Shown piece after piece: positions 18,639 to 28,538 of a DNA stretch of 64,000 nt; positions within the stretch are counted from its first letter, which is position 1; the number at the start of each line of letters is the position of its first letter. The notes below the pieces were generated by a model. That model was not told where the DNA came from. It made no database searches and saw nothing but the letters and a program-made list of their open reading frames with translations. Both the position numbers and the translations under genes were made by a program. The stretch is from Alphaproteobacteria bacterium (lineage in GTDB: Bacteria > Pseudomonadota > Alphaproteobacteria > SP197), in contig OY763008.1 of NCBI GenBank assembly GCA_963666905.2, forward strand, positions 3,924,071 through 3,988,070, written 5' to 3'.

Positions 18639-19892
18639 TTGGGCGGATTCGACTACCGCTCCGGTCGTCTTCACGCCGAGGACGTCGATCTCGCCCGTCT
18701 CGCCGGCGAGGTCGGCACGCCCTTCTATTGCTACAGCGCCTCGACGCTGCGCCGGCGCTACCGCCGCCTCGCCGGGGCGCTGGCGCCCAGCGGCGCCCGC
18801 ATCTTCTACGCGGTCAAGGCCAACGGCAACCTCGCGGTCATCGACATCCTCGCCAGGCTCGGCGCCGGCGCCGACGTGGTTTCCGAAGGCGAAATCCGCC
18901 GCTGCCTCGCAGCGGGCGTCGATGCCGCCGACATCGTCTTCTCCGGGGTCGGCAAGTCCGAGGGAGAACTGCGCTTCGCGCTCGCCTGCGGCATCCGGCA
19001 GATCAACGTCGAAAGCGAGGACGAGTTCGAGCGCATCTGCGGTATCGCCGCCGCATGCCGGCGGGAGGCCAGGGTCGTCTTCAGGCTCAATCCCGATGTC
19101 GACGCCGGCGGTCACGACAAGATCAGCACCGGCCGCAGGACCGACAAGTTCGGCCTTTCGGCCGGGACCGTCCGCAGGCTCCACGCCGGGTCGGCGGCCC
19201 ATCGCTGGACCGTGCCCGTGGGACTGGCGGTGCACATCGGTTCGCAGATTCACGATGTCGGCGCCTACCGCGCGGCCTTTGCCAGGGTGACCGGCCTTGC
19301 CGCCGAACTCGGCCGCTCGGGGCCCCGTGTCGAGCGCCTCGACCTGGGCGGCGGGCTCGGCATCGCTTACCTCGACGGCGAGGAGGAGATCGATCTCGAC
19401 GCCTACGCCCGGCTTCTCGCGGACATCCGCGAGGAGACGGACGCGGAGCTGATCGTCGAGCCCGGGCGCTGGCTGGTGGCGCCGGCCGGGGTGCTCGTGA
19501 CCGAGGTCAACACGGTAAAGGAGGCCGGCGGCCGGCGCGTCGTCATCGTCGATGCGGCCATGAACGACCTGTTGCGGCCGACGCTCTACGGCGCGCGCCA
19601 CCCGGTGTGGCCGGTCGAGGAGCCCGCCGGCGCGCTCCACGAGGCGGTCGTCGCGGGACCGGTCTGCGAATCCGGGGACATTCTTTCCCACGGCGCGCAT
19701 CTGCCCGCCCTGCGGGGCGGCGACCTCCTGGCGATCGGCCAGGCGGGCGCCTATGGCGCGGTCATGTCGTCGGGGTACAATGGCCGGCCGTTGGTGCCGG
19801 AGGTGATGGTGAGGAACGGTTCCCATGCCGTTGTCCGCAGGCGGCCGGGTCACGAGGAGATGATGGCCCTGGAGTCGGTGTCGTCCCTGTGA
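18639..19892 (+). CDS. lysA: diaminopimelate decarboxylase
   Basis: PLP fold-type III motifs: YAVKAN, GGGLGI and the CESGD active-site motif. The start is a TTG. Confidence 0.85.
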   Translation: MGGFDYRSGRLHAEDVDLARLAGEVGTPFYCYSASTLRRRYRRLAGALAPSGARIFYAVKANGNLAVIDILARLGAGADVVSEGEIRRCLAAGVDAADIVFSGVGKSEGELRFALACGIRQINVESEDEFERICGIAAACRREARVVFRLNPDVDAGGHDKISTGRRTDKFGLSAGTVRRLHAGSAAHRWTVPVGLAVHIGSQIHDVGAYRAAFARVTGLAAELGRSGPRVERLDLGGGLGIAYLDGEEEIDLDAYARLLADIREETDAELIVEPGRWLVAPAGVLVTEVNTVKEAGGRRVVIVDAAMNDLLRPTLYGARHPVWPVEEPAGALHEAVVAGPVCESGDILSHGAHLPALRGGDLLAIGQAGAYGAVMSSGYNGRPLVPEVMVRNGSHAVVRRRPGHEEMMALESVSSL

Positions 19893-19908
19893 CGGCCGGG
19901 AACTCCGG

Positions 19909-22311
19909 ATGACGGCGTCTTCGCAGCGCCGGGCACGACCGGCCCGGCTTTCGCGGCGCCTCGCGCTGGCCCGCCTTGCGCTCGTCTGGGAAGACGCGGC
20001 CGAGCGCGCCTGGCGGGGCGTGTCGCTGATCGCCCTCTTCCTCGGACTCGTCCTGCTCGGCCTGTGGACGTGGCTCCCGCCGGTCCTCCACGTGCTCTGC
20101 CTGCTTGCCTTCGCGGTGCTGGTGCCGCTCGTCCTGTGGCGCGACTTTCGCGGCCATGCCTGGCCCCGGGACAGCGACGTGCTGCGCCGTGTGGAGAAGA
20201 AGAGCGGCCTCGATCACCGTCCCCTGGCGGCCCTCGATGACGAGTTTGCCGGCGATCGCGCGGACGGCGCCAGCCGGGCGCTCTTCGAACTGCACCGGCG
20301 GCGCATGGCCGAGCGGCTGCGGCGGGTGAAGGCCGGCTGGCCGCGCTCCGATGTCGTGTCGAGCGATCGCCTGGCGCTGCGTTTCCTGGCGCTGCTCGTG
20401 TTCGCCTGGGGCGCCGTCGCCGGCTGGCCGCAAGCCCGGGCCCACTTCACGGCCCTTCTCGAGCCGGAGTTCTCCGCTGCCGGCGGCGCCGAGACCGGCG
20501 AGCTGACCCTGTGGATCACGCCTCCCGCCTACACGGGCATCGCGCCCATCTGGTTCTCCCGGGAGGACGGGCAGGAGGGCCCGCTGCCGGTGCCCGGGGG
20601 CAGCGAGCTCGTGGCGCAGGTCAGGGGCGGCCAGGCGGCTCCCGTCCTGGCGGTCGACGGCTCCCGGACGGTCTTCCGCGAGGCCGGCGCCGGAGGCTGG
20701 GAAGTGTCTTACGTCCTCGAGGGCGGCAGCCGTTTCACCATCAGTCAGGCGGGAACGGTGATCGCCGGGCGGGCGATCACGGTGATTGCGGACCGGCCGC
20801 CGGAGGTCGCGCTGACGGACGAGCCCTCGGAGACCCTGAGAACCACGCTGCGCCTCGATGTCGCCGCCAGGGACGATTACGGCCTCAAGGACATCAGGGC
20901 CGAGATGCGCCGCACCGGCGGCGATCCCGGCGACGTTCTTCGGGTCTCCGTCCCGCTCGAGCGAACCGGGGTGGCGGCGATGTCGGGCCCCTCCTTCTTC
21001 AACCTGATGGCGCACCCGTGGGCGGGGCTGGAAGTGGAGCTCGTTCTCGTCGCCACCGACGTGATCGGCCAGGAGACGGCGAGCGGTCCCCGGACCGTCG
21101 AGCTGCCGGAACGCTTCTTCCACCACCCGGTGGCGCGCGAGATCGCGGACCAGCGCAAGGTCTTCGTGAGCGACCGGAGTCTGGCCGCCGAGACCGCGTC
21201 GCTGCTCGGCGGCCTGTCGCGGGATCCCCAGGCCTACCTGGGCGACGTCGCCGTCCACCTGGGGCTCGTGACCGCGGCGCGCAGGCTCGACTACAGCGCT
21301 GGGGACGAGCGCACGCCGGCCGCCGTGACGGCGCTGATGTGGGAGACCGCCCTGGCGGTCGAGGAAGGGCCCCTGGCGTTCGCCGAGCAACGCGTGCGCG
21401 ACCTTCAGCAGCAGCTCCTCACGGCGCTCGCCGAGGGCGCGTCCGACGAGGAGATCGAGCGTCTGCTCGCCGAGCTCCACCACGCAATGGACGAATACAT
21501 GCGGGCGCTCTCGAGCAGGCTGCGTTCGGATCCCGGCCAGCTCTTCGATCCGACCGAGGCGCTCAAGGCCGTCGGCAGCCGCGAACTGACCGATCTCGTC
21601 GACCGGATCGCCGAACTGGTGCGCAGCGGATCCCGCCGGCAGGCGCACTCGCTGCTCACCCGCCTGCAGGAGATCATGGAAAACATCTCCGTGGGCAACC
21701 TCTCGGACCTGTCGGGCAGTTCCTCGGCGGAGGCGGTGGAGATGATCCAGACGATCCGCCAGATCATCACCGACCAGCAGGTGCTGCTCGACGAGAGCTT
21801 CAGGATCTTGAGGGAACAGGGCGAGGGCGGGATCGACACCGCTCCCCAGGCGGAACGCCAGGCCGGCATCCGCTCGGTGCTCCAGGCGTTCATGGAACGC
21901 ATCGAGCTGTTCGGCTACGACGCGCCGCGCCAGTACTCCCGCGCGGACCGTTCGATGGGCCGCGCGGCGCGGCAGCTCGGCGCCGGCCGCCCCGGGCACG
22001 CGGTGGACCACCAGACGGCCGCCATCGATTTTCTCCGCAAGGGCGCCGACGACATGATGTCGCAGATCCTCGAGCTCCTCGGCGAGAGCGTCGCCGGGGA
22101 CAACCAGGGGTTCTTCTCGGCTCCCCGGGATCCCGTCGGCCGCGCCCTCGGCGGTACCGCCGGGATCGACACCTCGGGCATGGACATCCCCGACAGGGGG
22201 GCCCTCGTCCGCGCCCGCCAGATTCTCGACGAGCTCAACCGGCGCGCCGCCGAACAGTACCGCCCCGAGGACGAACGCAACTATCTCCTGCGCCTGCTGC
22301 GCCGCTTCTGA
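19909..22311 (+). CDS. large membrane-anchored protein (TIGR02302/DUF4175-like)
   Basis: 800 aa with N-terminal TM helices and a long helical C-terminal region. It occupies the position downstream of lysA where alphaproteobacteria commonly have this family. The assignment is from memory, not from a search. Confidence 0.5.
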   Translation: MTASSQRRARPARLSRRLALARLALVWEDAAERAWRGVSLIALFLGLVLLGLWTWLPPVLHVLCLLAFAVLVPLVLWRDFRGHAWPRDSDVLRRVEKKSGLDHRPLAALDDEFAGDRADGASRALFELHRRRMAERLRRVKAGWPRSDVVSSDRLALRFLALLVFAWGAVAGWPQARAHFTALLEPEFSAAGGAETGELTLWITPPAYTGIAPIWFSREDGQEGPLPVPGGSELVAQVRGGQAAPVLAVDGSRTVFREAGAGGWEVSYVLEGGSRFTISQAGTVIAGRAITVIADRPPEVALTDEPSETLRTTLRLDVAARDDYGLKDIRAEMRRTGGDPGDVLRVSVPLERTGVAAMSGPSFFNLMAHPWAGLEVELVLVATDVIGQETASGPRTVELPERFFHHPVAREIADQRKVFVSDRSLAAETASLLGGLSRDPQAYLGDVAVHLGLVTAARRLDYSAGDERTPAAVTALMWETALAVEEGPLAFAEQRVRDLQQQLLTALAEGASDEEIERLLAELHHAMDEYMRALSSRLRSDPGQLFDPTEALKAVGSRELTDLVDRIAELVRSGSRRQAHSLLTRLQEIMENISVGNLSDLSGSSSAEAVEMIQTIRQIITDQQVLLDESFRILREQGEGGIDTAPQAERQAGIRSVLQAFMERIELFGYDAPRQYSRADRSMGRAARQLGAGRPGHAVDHQTAAIDFLRKGADDMMSQILELLGESVAGDNQGFFSAPRDPVGRALGGTAGIDTSGMDIPDRGALVRARQILDELNRRAAEQYRPEDERNYLLRLLRRF

Positions 22312-22445
22312 CCGCCGGCGCCACGATGGCCCGCTGCATGGCATCGGGCGGCGGCCATGTGGTAAGGTCCGCTGCCGTGCGACGCCATGGGGCGCACGGG
22401 TGCGGTCCCGTGCGCTGTTCGGGACAGGAAGCAGGGAACGCGGTC

Positions 22446-23111
22446 GTGATTCGCTTCGAGAACGTCGGCCTTCGCTATGGCAGCGGGCCCGAGGTGCTGC
22501 AGGATATCGACCTCATCCTGGAACCGGGTTCGGGCCACTACCTCTTCGGACCGACGGGAGCCGGGAAGTCGTCGCTCCTGAGCCTGCTCTATCTCGTCCG
22601 GCGCCCGACCCGGGGCATGCTCACCATCTTCGGGCACGATGTCGCGACGGCGGCGCGGCCCACGCTGACGGGGATCCGGCGGCGCATCGGCGTCGTCTTC
22701 CAGGACTATCACCTGCTCGATCACCTGTCCGCCTTCGACAACGTGGCGCTGCCGCTGAGGATCGCCGGCATGGAACCCGGCATGGTGCGCGAGCACGTGC
22801 ACCAGCTTCTCGCCTGGGTGGATCTCGATTCGATGGCGGACGTCAAGCCGCCGTTCATGTCCGGCGGCGAAAAGCAGCGGGTGGCCGTCGCCCGCGCTGT
22901 GATCGGCCAGCCCGACGTGCTCCTGGCCGACGAACCGACGGGCAACCTCGACGAGCCGATGGCCGACCGCCTGCTGACGCTCTTCACGGAGCTCAACCGC
23001 TACGGCACCACCCTGGTGATCGCGACGCACAACACCAGGCTGCCGCAACGCTTTCCCTACCCCGTCCTCCACCTCCTCGAGGGCCACCTGAGAAGGGATG
23101 CCCCATGGTGA
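22446..23111 (+). CDS. ftsE: cell division ATP-binding protein FtsE
   Basis: Walker A GPTGAGKSS, ABC signature MSGGEKQRV, Walker B LLADEPT. GTG start. Only the last ~221 codons of the 866-aa track ORF are used. Confidence 0.8.
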   Translation: MIRFENVGLRYGSGPEVLQDIDLILEPGSGHYLFGPTGAGKSSLLSLLYLVRRPTRGMLTIFGHDVATAARPTLTGIRRRIGVVFQDYHLLDHLSAFDNVALPLRIAGMEPGMVREHVHQLLAWVDLDSMADVKPPFMSGGEKQRVAVARAVIGQPDVLLADEPTGNLDEPMADRLLTLFTELNRYGTTLVIATHNTRLPQRFPYPVLHLLEGHLRRDAPW

Positions 23112-23980
23112 GTCTCGGCCGGCGTCCGCGGGAGGTGCCGCTCGCCCGCGATCCGTCGACCCGTTTCATCCCCCTCGTCATCGGCGCCATGGTGTTCCTG
23201 TCGGCCATGGTGCTGGCCTCCGCGATGGCCATCGAGAAGGTCACCGGCCAGTGGCAGGGAAGCCAGCATCCCCGCCTCACCGTGGAGATTCCCCCGGACG
23301 CCGCCGGAGACGCCGCGGAGGTCGTCCGCATCCTGAACCAGGTCCCCGGAATCACCGGCGCCGCGGTGGTCGGCGACGAGGAGATTCTCAGGGTGCTCGA
23401 AGCCTGGACGGGCGGCGATCCCGACCTCGCGCTGCTGCCGTTGCCGACTCTCGTCGAGGCCCAGGCGTCGTCTTCCGACGCGGCCGTGGCGCAGAGGGTC
23501 AGGTCCATTCTCGACCAGCGCTTCGACGGGCTCACGGTCTACGCCGAGCCCGCCTGGCTCAGTGACGTGCGCACGACGCTGGGAACCATCCAGCTGGTGG
23601 CCGCCCTGATGCTCGTCTTCATCGCCCTGGTCTCGGTGGCGACGATCGTCCACGTGACGCGAACCGCCCTTTCGGTCCACCGCAGCACCATCGAGATTCT
23701 CCACCAGATCGGCGCCCGGGACAGCTACGTGGCGAACCAGTTCCAGTTCCAGTTCTTCTTCCTCGCGCTCCTGGGAGGACTCGCCGGAACCGGACTCGCG
23801 GTTGCCGCCGTCTTCCTGGTCCGCGAGCTCTCCGGCGGCCTCGATGCCGCGCTGCTGCCGGCGGTGATCTTCGGTCTGCGCGAATGGGCCACCATCGGCG
23901 CCCTTCCGGCCGTGGCCGCCCTCGTCACCATGCTGGCCGCGCGCCTGACCGTCACGACGACGCTGGGCCGCATGCCGTGA
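23105..23980 (+). CDS. ftsX: FtsX-like permease
   Basis: Overlaps the ftsE stop. One N-terminal TM segment, a periplasmic loop, and three C-terminal TM segments. Confidence 0.65.
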   Translation: MVSLGRRPREVPLARDPSTRFIPLVIGAMVFLSAMVLASAMAIEKVTGQWQGSQHPRLTVEIPPDAAGDAAEVVRILNQVPGITGAAVVGDEEILRVLEAWTGGDPDLALLPLPTLVEAQASSSDAAVAQRVRSILDQRFDGLTVYAEPAWLSDVRTTLGTIQLVAALMLVFIALVSVATIVHVTRTALSVHRSTIEILHQIGARDSYVANQFQFQFFFLALLGGLAGTGLAVAAVFLVRELSGGLDAALLPAVIFGLREWATIGALPAVAALVTMLAARLTVTTTLGRMP

Positions 23981-24564
23981 GGCGCGGGAAGGGCGGCCGG
24001 TCCCGGGCTTTCACGAAGGTCCTCCTGGTCCTCCTGATCGTCTGGGCCGGCGGGCTGGTGAGCTTCGCCACCGCCATCCCGCAGTCTCCTCCGGCGCTGC
24101 CTTCCGAAGCGGATGCCATCGTCGTCCTCACCGGCGGCAGCGAGCGCCTGCCCGCCGGGATCGCGCTGCTCGAGATGGGTGTCGCGGAACGCCTGTTCGT
24201 GAGCGGCGTTCACGAAGGGGTGGATGTCGCGGAGATCCTCGATCTCAATCACCAGGCGCCGCCGACGCTGGCCTGCTGCATCGAGCTCGGGCACGACGCC
24301 CGCCACACGGTGGGCAACGCGCACGAGACGGCGCACTGGATGGCGGCGGGCGATCGCAGGTCCATGGTCCTCGTGACGGCCAACTACCACATGCCGCGCA
24401 GCCTCGTGCTGTTCCGCAGGATCATGCCGGACATCGCCATCACCCCCCACCCGGTCGTCTCAGGAAGCGTGCGCACCGACATCTGGTGGCGCCATCCGCG
24501 GACCCTGATCCTGCTCGCCGGCGAGTTCTCGAAGTTTCTCGTGAGCCTGGTCTGGCCGCCGTGA
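23977..24564 (+). CDS. YdcF/ElyC-family (DUF218) protein
   Basis: GTGA overlap with ftsX. Motifs IVVLTGG, GHDARHTVGNA and LVTANYHMPR. Confidence 0.6.
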   Translation: MRRGKGGRSRAFTKVLLVLLIVWAGGLVSFATAIPQSPPALPSEADAIVVLTGGSERLPAGIALLEMGVAERLFVSGVHEGVDVAEILDLNHQAPPTLACCIELGHDARHTVGNAHETAHWMAAGDRRSMVLVTANYHMPRSLVLFRRIMPDIAITPHPVVSGSVRTDIWWRHPRTLILLAGEFSKFLVSLVWPP

Positions 24565-25295
24565 CCGTTCTCGTCCGCTCGCTGCTCTTCGCCGGAGCCT
24601 CGATCGCCGTCATGCTGACGGCGGGCATCCTGCTGCTGCCGTCGCTCCTCGTCGCCCGCCGTTTCGCCGCCAGGGTCCCCCCCTGGTTCGCGGGCATCCA
24701 GCTTTTCCTGCTCCACCGGATCGCCGGTGTCGCCCTCGAGGTCAGGGGCGTCACGGACCTTCCCCGGGGACCCTGCCTGATTGCCGCCAAGCACCAGTCG
24801 GCGCTCGAGGCCTACGCCCTGGTCAGCCTCTTTCCCGACGCCTGCTTCATTCTCAAGCGGGAGCTCCTCGGGCTTCCCGTCGCGGGCTGGTTCATCGCGG
24901 CGATGGACGTCGCCGCGATCGACCGCGGCGACGGCGTCGCCTCCATGAGAAAGGTCATGGCCCGCGCCAGGGCGGCGGTGGCCGCAGGCCGGTCCCTGGT
25001 GATCTTTCCCGAAGGGCGGCGCACCCGGCCCGGCGAGAGGATCGCCTACCAGAGGGGTGTCGCCGGCCTCTATTCCGCACTCGGCGTGCCGGTCGTGCCG
25101 GTGGCTCTCGACTGCGGCCTCTACTGGCCGCCCCGGCGTCTCCGCAAGCGTCCGGGCCGTGCGGTCATCGCCTTTCTCGAGGCGATTCCGCCGGCCCTGG
25201 CGCGCCGGCGGTTCCTCGACGAACTCGAGAACCGCATCGAAACCGAAAGCCGCCTTCTGCTCGCCGCAGGCGAATCGCCGGGACATTCCGGTTGA
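24561..25295 (+). CDS. plsC: 1-acyl-sn-glycerol-3-phosphate acyltransferase family
   Basis: GTGA overlap with the previous gene. Acyltransferase motifs AAKHQSALE (HX4D-like) and VIFPEGRRT. Confidence 0.7.
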   Translation: MTVLVRSLLFAGASIAVMLTAGILLLPSLLVARRFAARVPPWFAGIQLFLLHRIAGVALEVRGVTDLPRGPCLIAAKHQSALEAYALVSLFPDACFILKRELLGLPVAGWFIAAMDVAAIDRGDGVASMRKVMARARAAVAAGRSLVIFPEGRRTRPGERIAYQRGVAGLYSALGVPVVPVALDCGLYWPPRRLRKRPGRAVIAFLEAIPPALARRRFLDELENRIETESRLLLAAGESPGHSG

Positions 25296-25348
25296 GTGAA
25301 CGTAACAGGAACGATAGACTGCCGCCCGCCCGATTCGACAACGCACCC

Positions 25349-27622
25349 ATGAGCGACACGCCTTCCCCCATCGCCCTGCAGATCTGGGACATGAAGTACC
25401 GCCTCAAGGCGCCCGACGGCACGCCGGTCGACGACAACGTCGAGGCGAGCTGGCGGCGGGTGGCCCGCGCCCTGGCGGCGGCCGAGGCCGCCGACGCGCG
25501 CGGCCTCCACGAGCAGCGGTTCTTCGACGCCATGTCGGGATACCGCTTCCTGCCCGCGGGCAGGATCCTGGCGGGCGCGGGCGCCGACAGGAACGTCACC
25601 CTCTTCAACTGCTTCGTCATGGGGACCATCCCCGACGACATGGCCGGCATCTTCGATCACCTCAAGGAGGCGGCGCTCACCATGCAGGCCGGCGGCGGGA
25701 TCGGCTACGACTTCTCCAGCCTGAGGCCGCAGGGCGCACCCGTGAAGGGCGTGGGCGCCGACGCCTCCGGCCCGCTCACCTTCATGGACGTCTGGGATTC
25801 GATGTGCCGCACCATCATGAGCGCCGGTCACCGCCGCGGCGCCATGATGGCGACGATGCGCTGCGACCACCCCGACATCGAGGCCTTCATCGACGCCAAG
25901 CAGGAGGCCGGCCGCCTGCGCATGTTCAACCTGTCGGTTCTCGTGAGCGACGCCTTCATGGAGGCGGTCAGGCAGGACGGCGCCTGGGAGCTGATGTTCG
26001 GCGGCGTCGTCCACGGCACGAGAAGCGCCCGCGGGCTCTGGGACAGGATCATGCGCAGCACCTACGGCTGTGCCGAGCCGGGCGTGATCTTCATCGACCG
26101 GATCAATGCCCGCAACAACCTCGCCTACTGCGAGACGATCCACGCGACCAACCCCTGCGGCGAGCAGCCCCTGCCGCCCTACGGCGCCTGCCTTCTCGGT
26201 TCGGTGAACCTGTCGCGCTTCATCACGGATCCCTTCACCGACGCCGCGCGCCTCGACGAGGCGCTGTTCGACGGCACGGTCGCCACGGCGGTGCGCATGA
26301 TGGACAACGTCATCGACGTGTCGCGCTTTCCCCTGGAGGAGCAGAGGCACGAGGCCATGGCCAAGCGCCGCATCGGTCTGGGCGTGACGGGCCTCGCCGA
26401 CGCGCTGATCATGATGAAGGCGCACTACGGGAGCGAACGCGCGCTGCGGCTGGCCGGATCCTGGCTCGCGCGTCTGAGGCGCGGCGCCTACCTCGCCTCC
26501 ACCGGGCTCGCCGCCGAGAAAGGCCCGTTCCCTCTCTTCGACAGGGACGCGTACCTGGCGGGCAAGGGCGTGGGCGAGCTCGACGACGACATCCGCGAGG
26601 CCATCGCCCGGCACGGCATCCGCAACGCGCTGCTGACGTCGATCGCGCCGACCGGCACCATCTCGCTCTTTGCCGACAACATCTCGTCGGGACTCGAGCC
26701 CGTGTTCGCGTTCTCCTACACGCGCAACGTCCTGATGCCCGACGGCAGCCGCAGAAGCGAGGAGGTCGCCGACTACGCGGTCAGGCTGTGGCGCCGGCTG
26801 CGCGGCCGGGATGCGCCCCTGCCGGACTACTTCGTCGATGCCCAGGACCTCAGACCCGCGGATCACATCCGCATGCAGGCCGAGGTCCAGAAGTACATCG
26901 ACAGCTCGATCTCCAAGACCATCAACGTGCCCGAGGACATCCCGTTCGAGGCCTTCCGGGACGTCTATCTCGAGGCCTACGACAGCGGCTGCAAGGGCTG
27001 CACGACCTACCGGCCCAACGACGTCACCGGCGCGGTTCTCGAAGCGCGCCGGGAGGAGGAGCCGGGCCTGCCGCTCGACGAACCCGTGTCCGAGACGCCG
27101 GCCGACGCTCTCGAGACCGGTGGCGTCATCCATCTCACCCGGCCCCTCGACCGGCCCGAGGTCCTTCCCGGACGGACCTACAAGCTGCGCTGGCCGGAGA
27201 GCGAGCACGCCATCTACCTCACCGTGAACGATGTCGTCAGGGACGGACGGCGCAGGCCCTTCGAGGTGTTCATCAACTCGAAGAACATGGACCACTACGC
27301 CTGGACGCTCGGCCTCACGCGCATGATCTCGGCGGTGTTCCGCCGCGGCGGCGACGTCAGCTTCGTGGTCGACGAGCTCAAGGCGGTCTTCGATCCGCGC
27401 GGCGGGCAGTGGATGGACGGGCGCTACGTCCCCTCCCTGCTGGCCGCCATCGGCGGGATCCTCGAGACCCACATGATCGATATCGGCTTCATCGGCGCCG
27501 GCGATCATCCGCCGCAGACAGGGAGCCCCGGCGGCAACTGCCCGCGCTGCGGCCTTCCGGGGCTCGTCTTCCAGGAAGGCTGCAGCTACTGCACGTCGTG
27601 CGGCTATTCGAAGTGTGCCTGA
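25349..27622 (+). CDS. nrdJ: adenosylcobalamin-dependent ribonucleoside-diphosphate reductase (class II)
   Basis: Motifs NLFNCFV, NPCGEQPL and TISLFADNISSGLEP, plus a C-terminal Cys cluster CPRCG...CSYCTSCG. Confidence 0.85.
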   Translation: MSDTPSPIALQIWDMKYRLKAPDGTPVDDNVEASWRRVARALAAAEAADARGLHEQRFFDAMSGYRFLPAGRILAGAGADRNVTLFNCFVMGTIPDDMAGIFDHLKEAALTMQAGGGIGYDFSSLRPQGAPVKGVGADASGPLTFMDVWDSMCRTIMSAGHRRGAMMATMRCDHPDIEAFIDAKQEAGRLRMFNLSVLVSDAFMEAVRQDGAWELMFGGVVHGTRSARGLWDRIMRSTYGCAEPGVIFIDRINARNNLAYCETIHATNPCGEQPLPPYGACLLGSVNLSRFITDPFTDAARLDEALFDGTVATAVRMMDNVIDVSRFPLEEQRHEAMAKRRIGLGVTGLADALIMMKAHYGSERALRLAGSWLARLRRGAYLASTGLAAEKGPFPLFDRDAYLAGKGVGELDDDIREAIARHGIRNALLTSIAPTGTISLFADNISSGLEPVFAFSYTRNVLMPDGSRRSEEVADYAVRLWRRLRGRDAPLPDYFVDAQDLRPADHIRMQAEVQKYIDSSISKTINVPEDIPFEAFRDVYLEAYDSGCKGCTTYRPNDVTGAVLEARREEEPGLPLDEPVSETPADALETGGVIHLTRPLDRPEVLPGRTYKLRWPESEHAIYLTVNDVVRDGRRRPFEVFINSKNMDHYAWTLGLTRMISAVFRRGGDVSFVVDELKAVFDPRGGQWMDGRYVPSLLAAIGGILETHMIDIGFIGAGDHPPQTGSPGGNCPRCGLPGLVFQEGCSYCTSCGYSKCA

Positions 27623-27626
27623 CGGC

Positions 27627-28364
27627 CTACCGCCTGCGGCCGGAAAAGATCGCGTGTCCGGCCTTGAGCCAGTGGAGATCGATGTCCTCGAGACCGGCCT
27701 CTTCCATCCATTTCATCTGTTCGAAGAGACCTGACGGCATGTCGACCGGATCGGCTTGCGGGTCGCTGTAGTAGTTCCAGCCGTCGTTGCGGAAGAGGTG
27801 CAGCATGTCCTCGCCGCCGTCGAGTTCGGCCGCGCGCACCCGGACACCGTCGTCCCAGTGGCGTTCCCAGAGCCTCTCTCCCTCGCCGCTCCTGGCCTCG
27901 ACGATATCGCAGATGACGATGACGCCGCCCGGCGCGAGCTGGCCGGCAAGGTCCCGGTAGAGACGGGCCTTGCCGGGACCGTCGAGGTGATGGACGGCCA
28001 GCGACGACACGAAGGCGTGGACCGGCGCGTCGAAGCGCCGCCAGCCGCCGTCCCCGATGGCCATCTGCCGGGTGCGCCAGTACGCGCCCGTCGCGCGCAG
28101 CCTTTCGGCCGCCGCCTTCAGCATCTCCGCGGAACCGTCGAGCGCGACGAGGCGGCAGGCGCCGAAACGCTTCGCCAGGGCCGCCGTCAGCAGGCCCTCG
28201 CCGCAGCAGATGTCGACGATCAGCGAATCGGCGGGCGCGTCGGGGATGACGCTGCAAATCGTGTCGATCTGGGTTTCGCGCTCCGGCACGAAGTAGGCGC
28301 CGTAGTCGATGAAATAGCGTGAATCGTCCTCGCTCCAGCCTTGCGCTGCGTCACCGGGCGTCAT
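27627..28364 (-). CDS. class I SAM-dependent methyltransferase
   Basis: SAM motif I reads IVDICCGEGLL, with a downstream acidic loop. The start is placed at MTPGD. Confidence 0.65.
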   Translation of the reverse strand: MTPGDAAQGWSEDDSRYFIDYGAYFVPERETQIDTICSVIPDAPADSLIVDICCGEGLLTAALAKRFGACRLVALDGSAEMLKAAAERLRATGAYWRTRQMAIGDGGWRRFDAPVHAFVSSLAVHHLDGPGKARLYRDLAGQLAPGGVIVICDIVEARSGEGERLWERHWDDGVRVRAAELDGGEDMLHLFRNDGWNYYSDPQADPVDMPSGLFEQMKWMEEAGLEDIDLHWLKAGHAIFSGRRR

Positions 28365-28538
28365 GCGCCGATCCCTCCCTGGCAATCGGGAAACCACCGC
28401 TGCCTACCATGGAATTGCCGCGCCTCGGGAATCAAATTCTTCGGCAACATTTTTCCGCCGATCATTGACGCGCGATTTGCGGCGGCGTTATTGTTGCGGC
28501 GTGCAATAATCGCTTCACCATGGCGGAAGGAACAACAC

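Noticed and set aside
25296-25348. I looked for a cobalamin riboswitch (B12 box) upstream of nrdJ, ecm and the adenosyltransferase gene.
   Set aside because: The leaders are short, and I could not recognise a B12-box-like consensus by eye. A covariance-model scan (Rfam RF00174) would be needed to exclude one.
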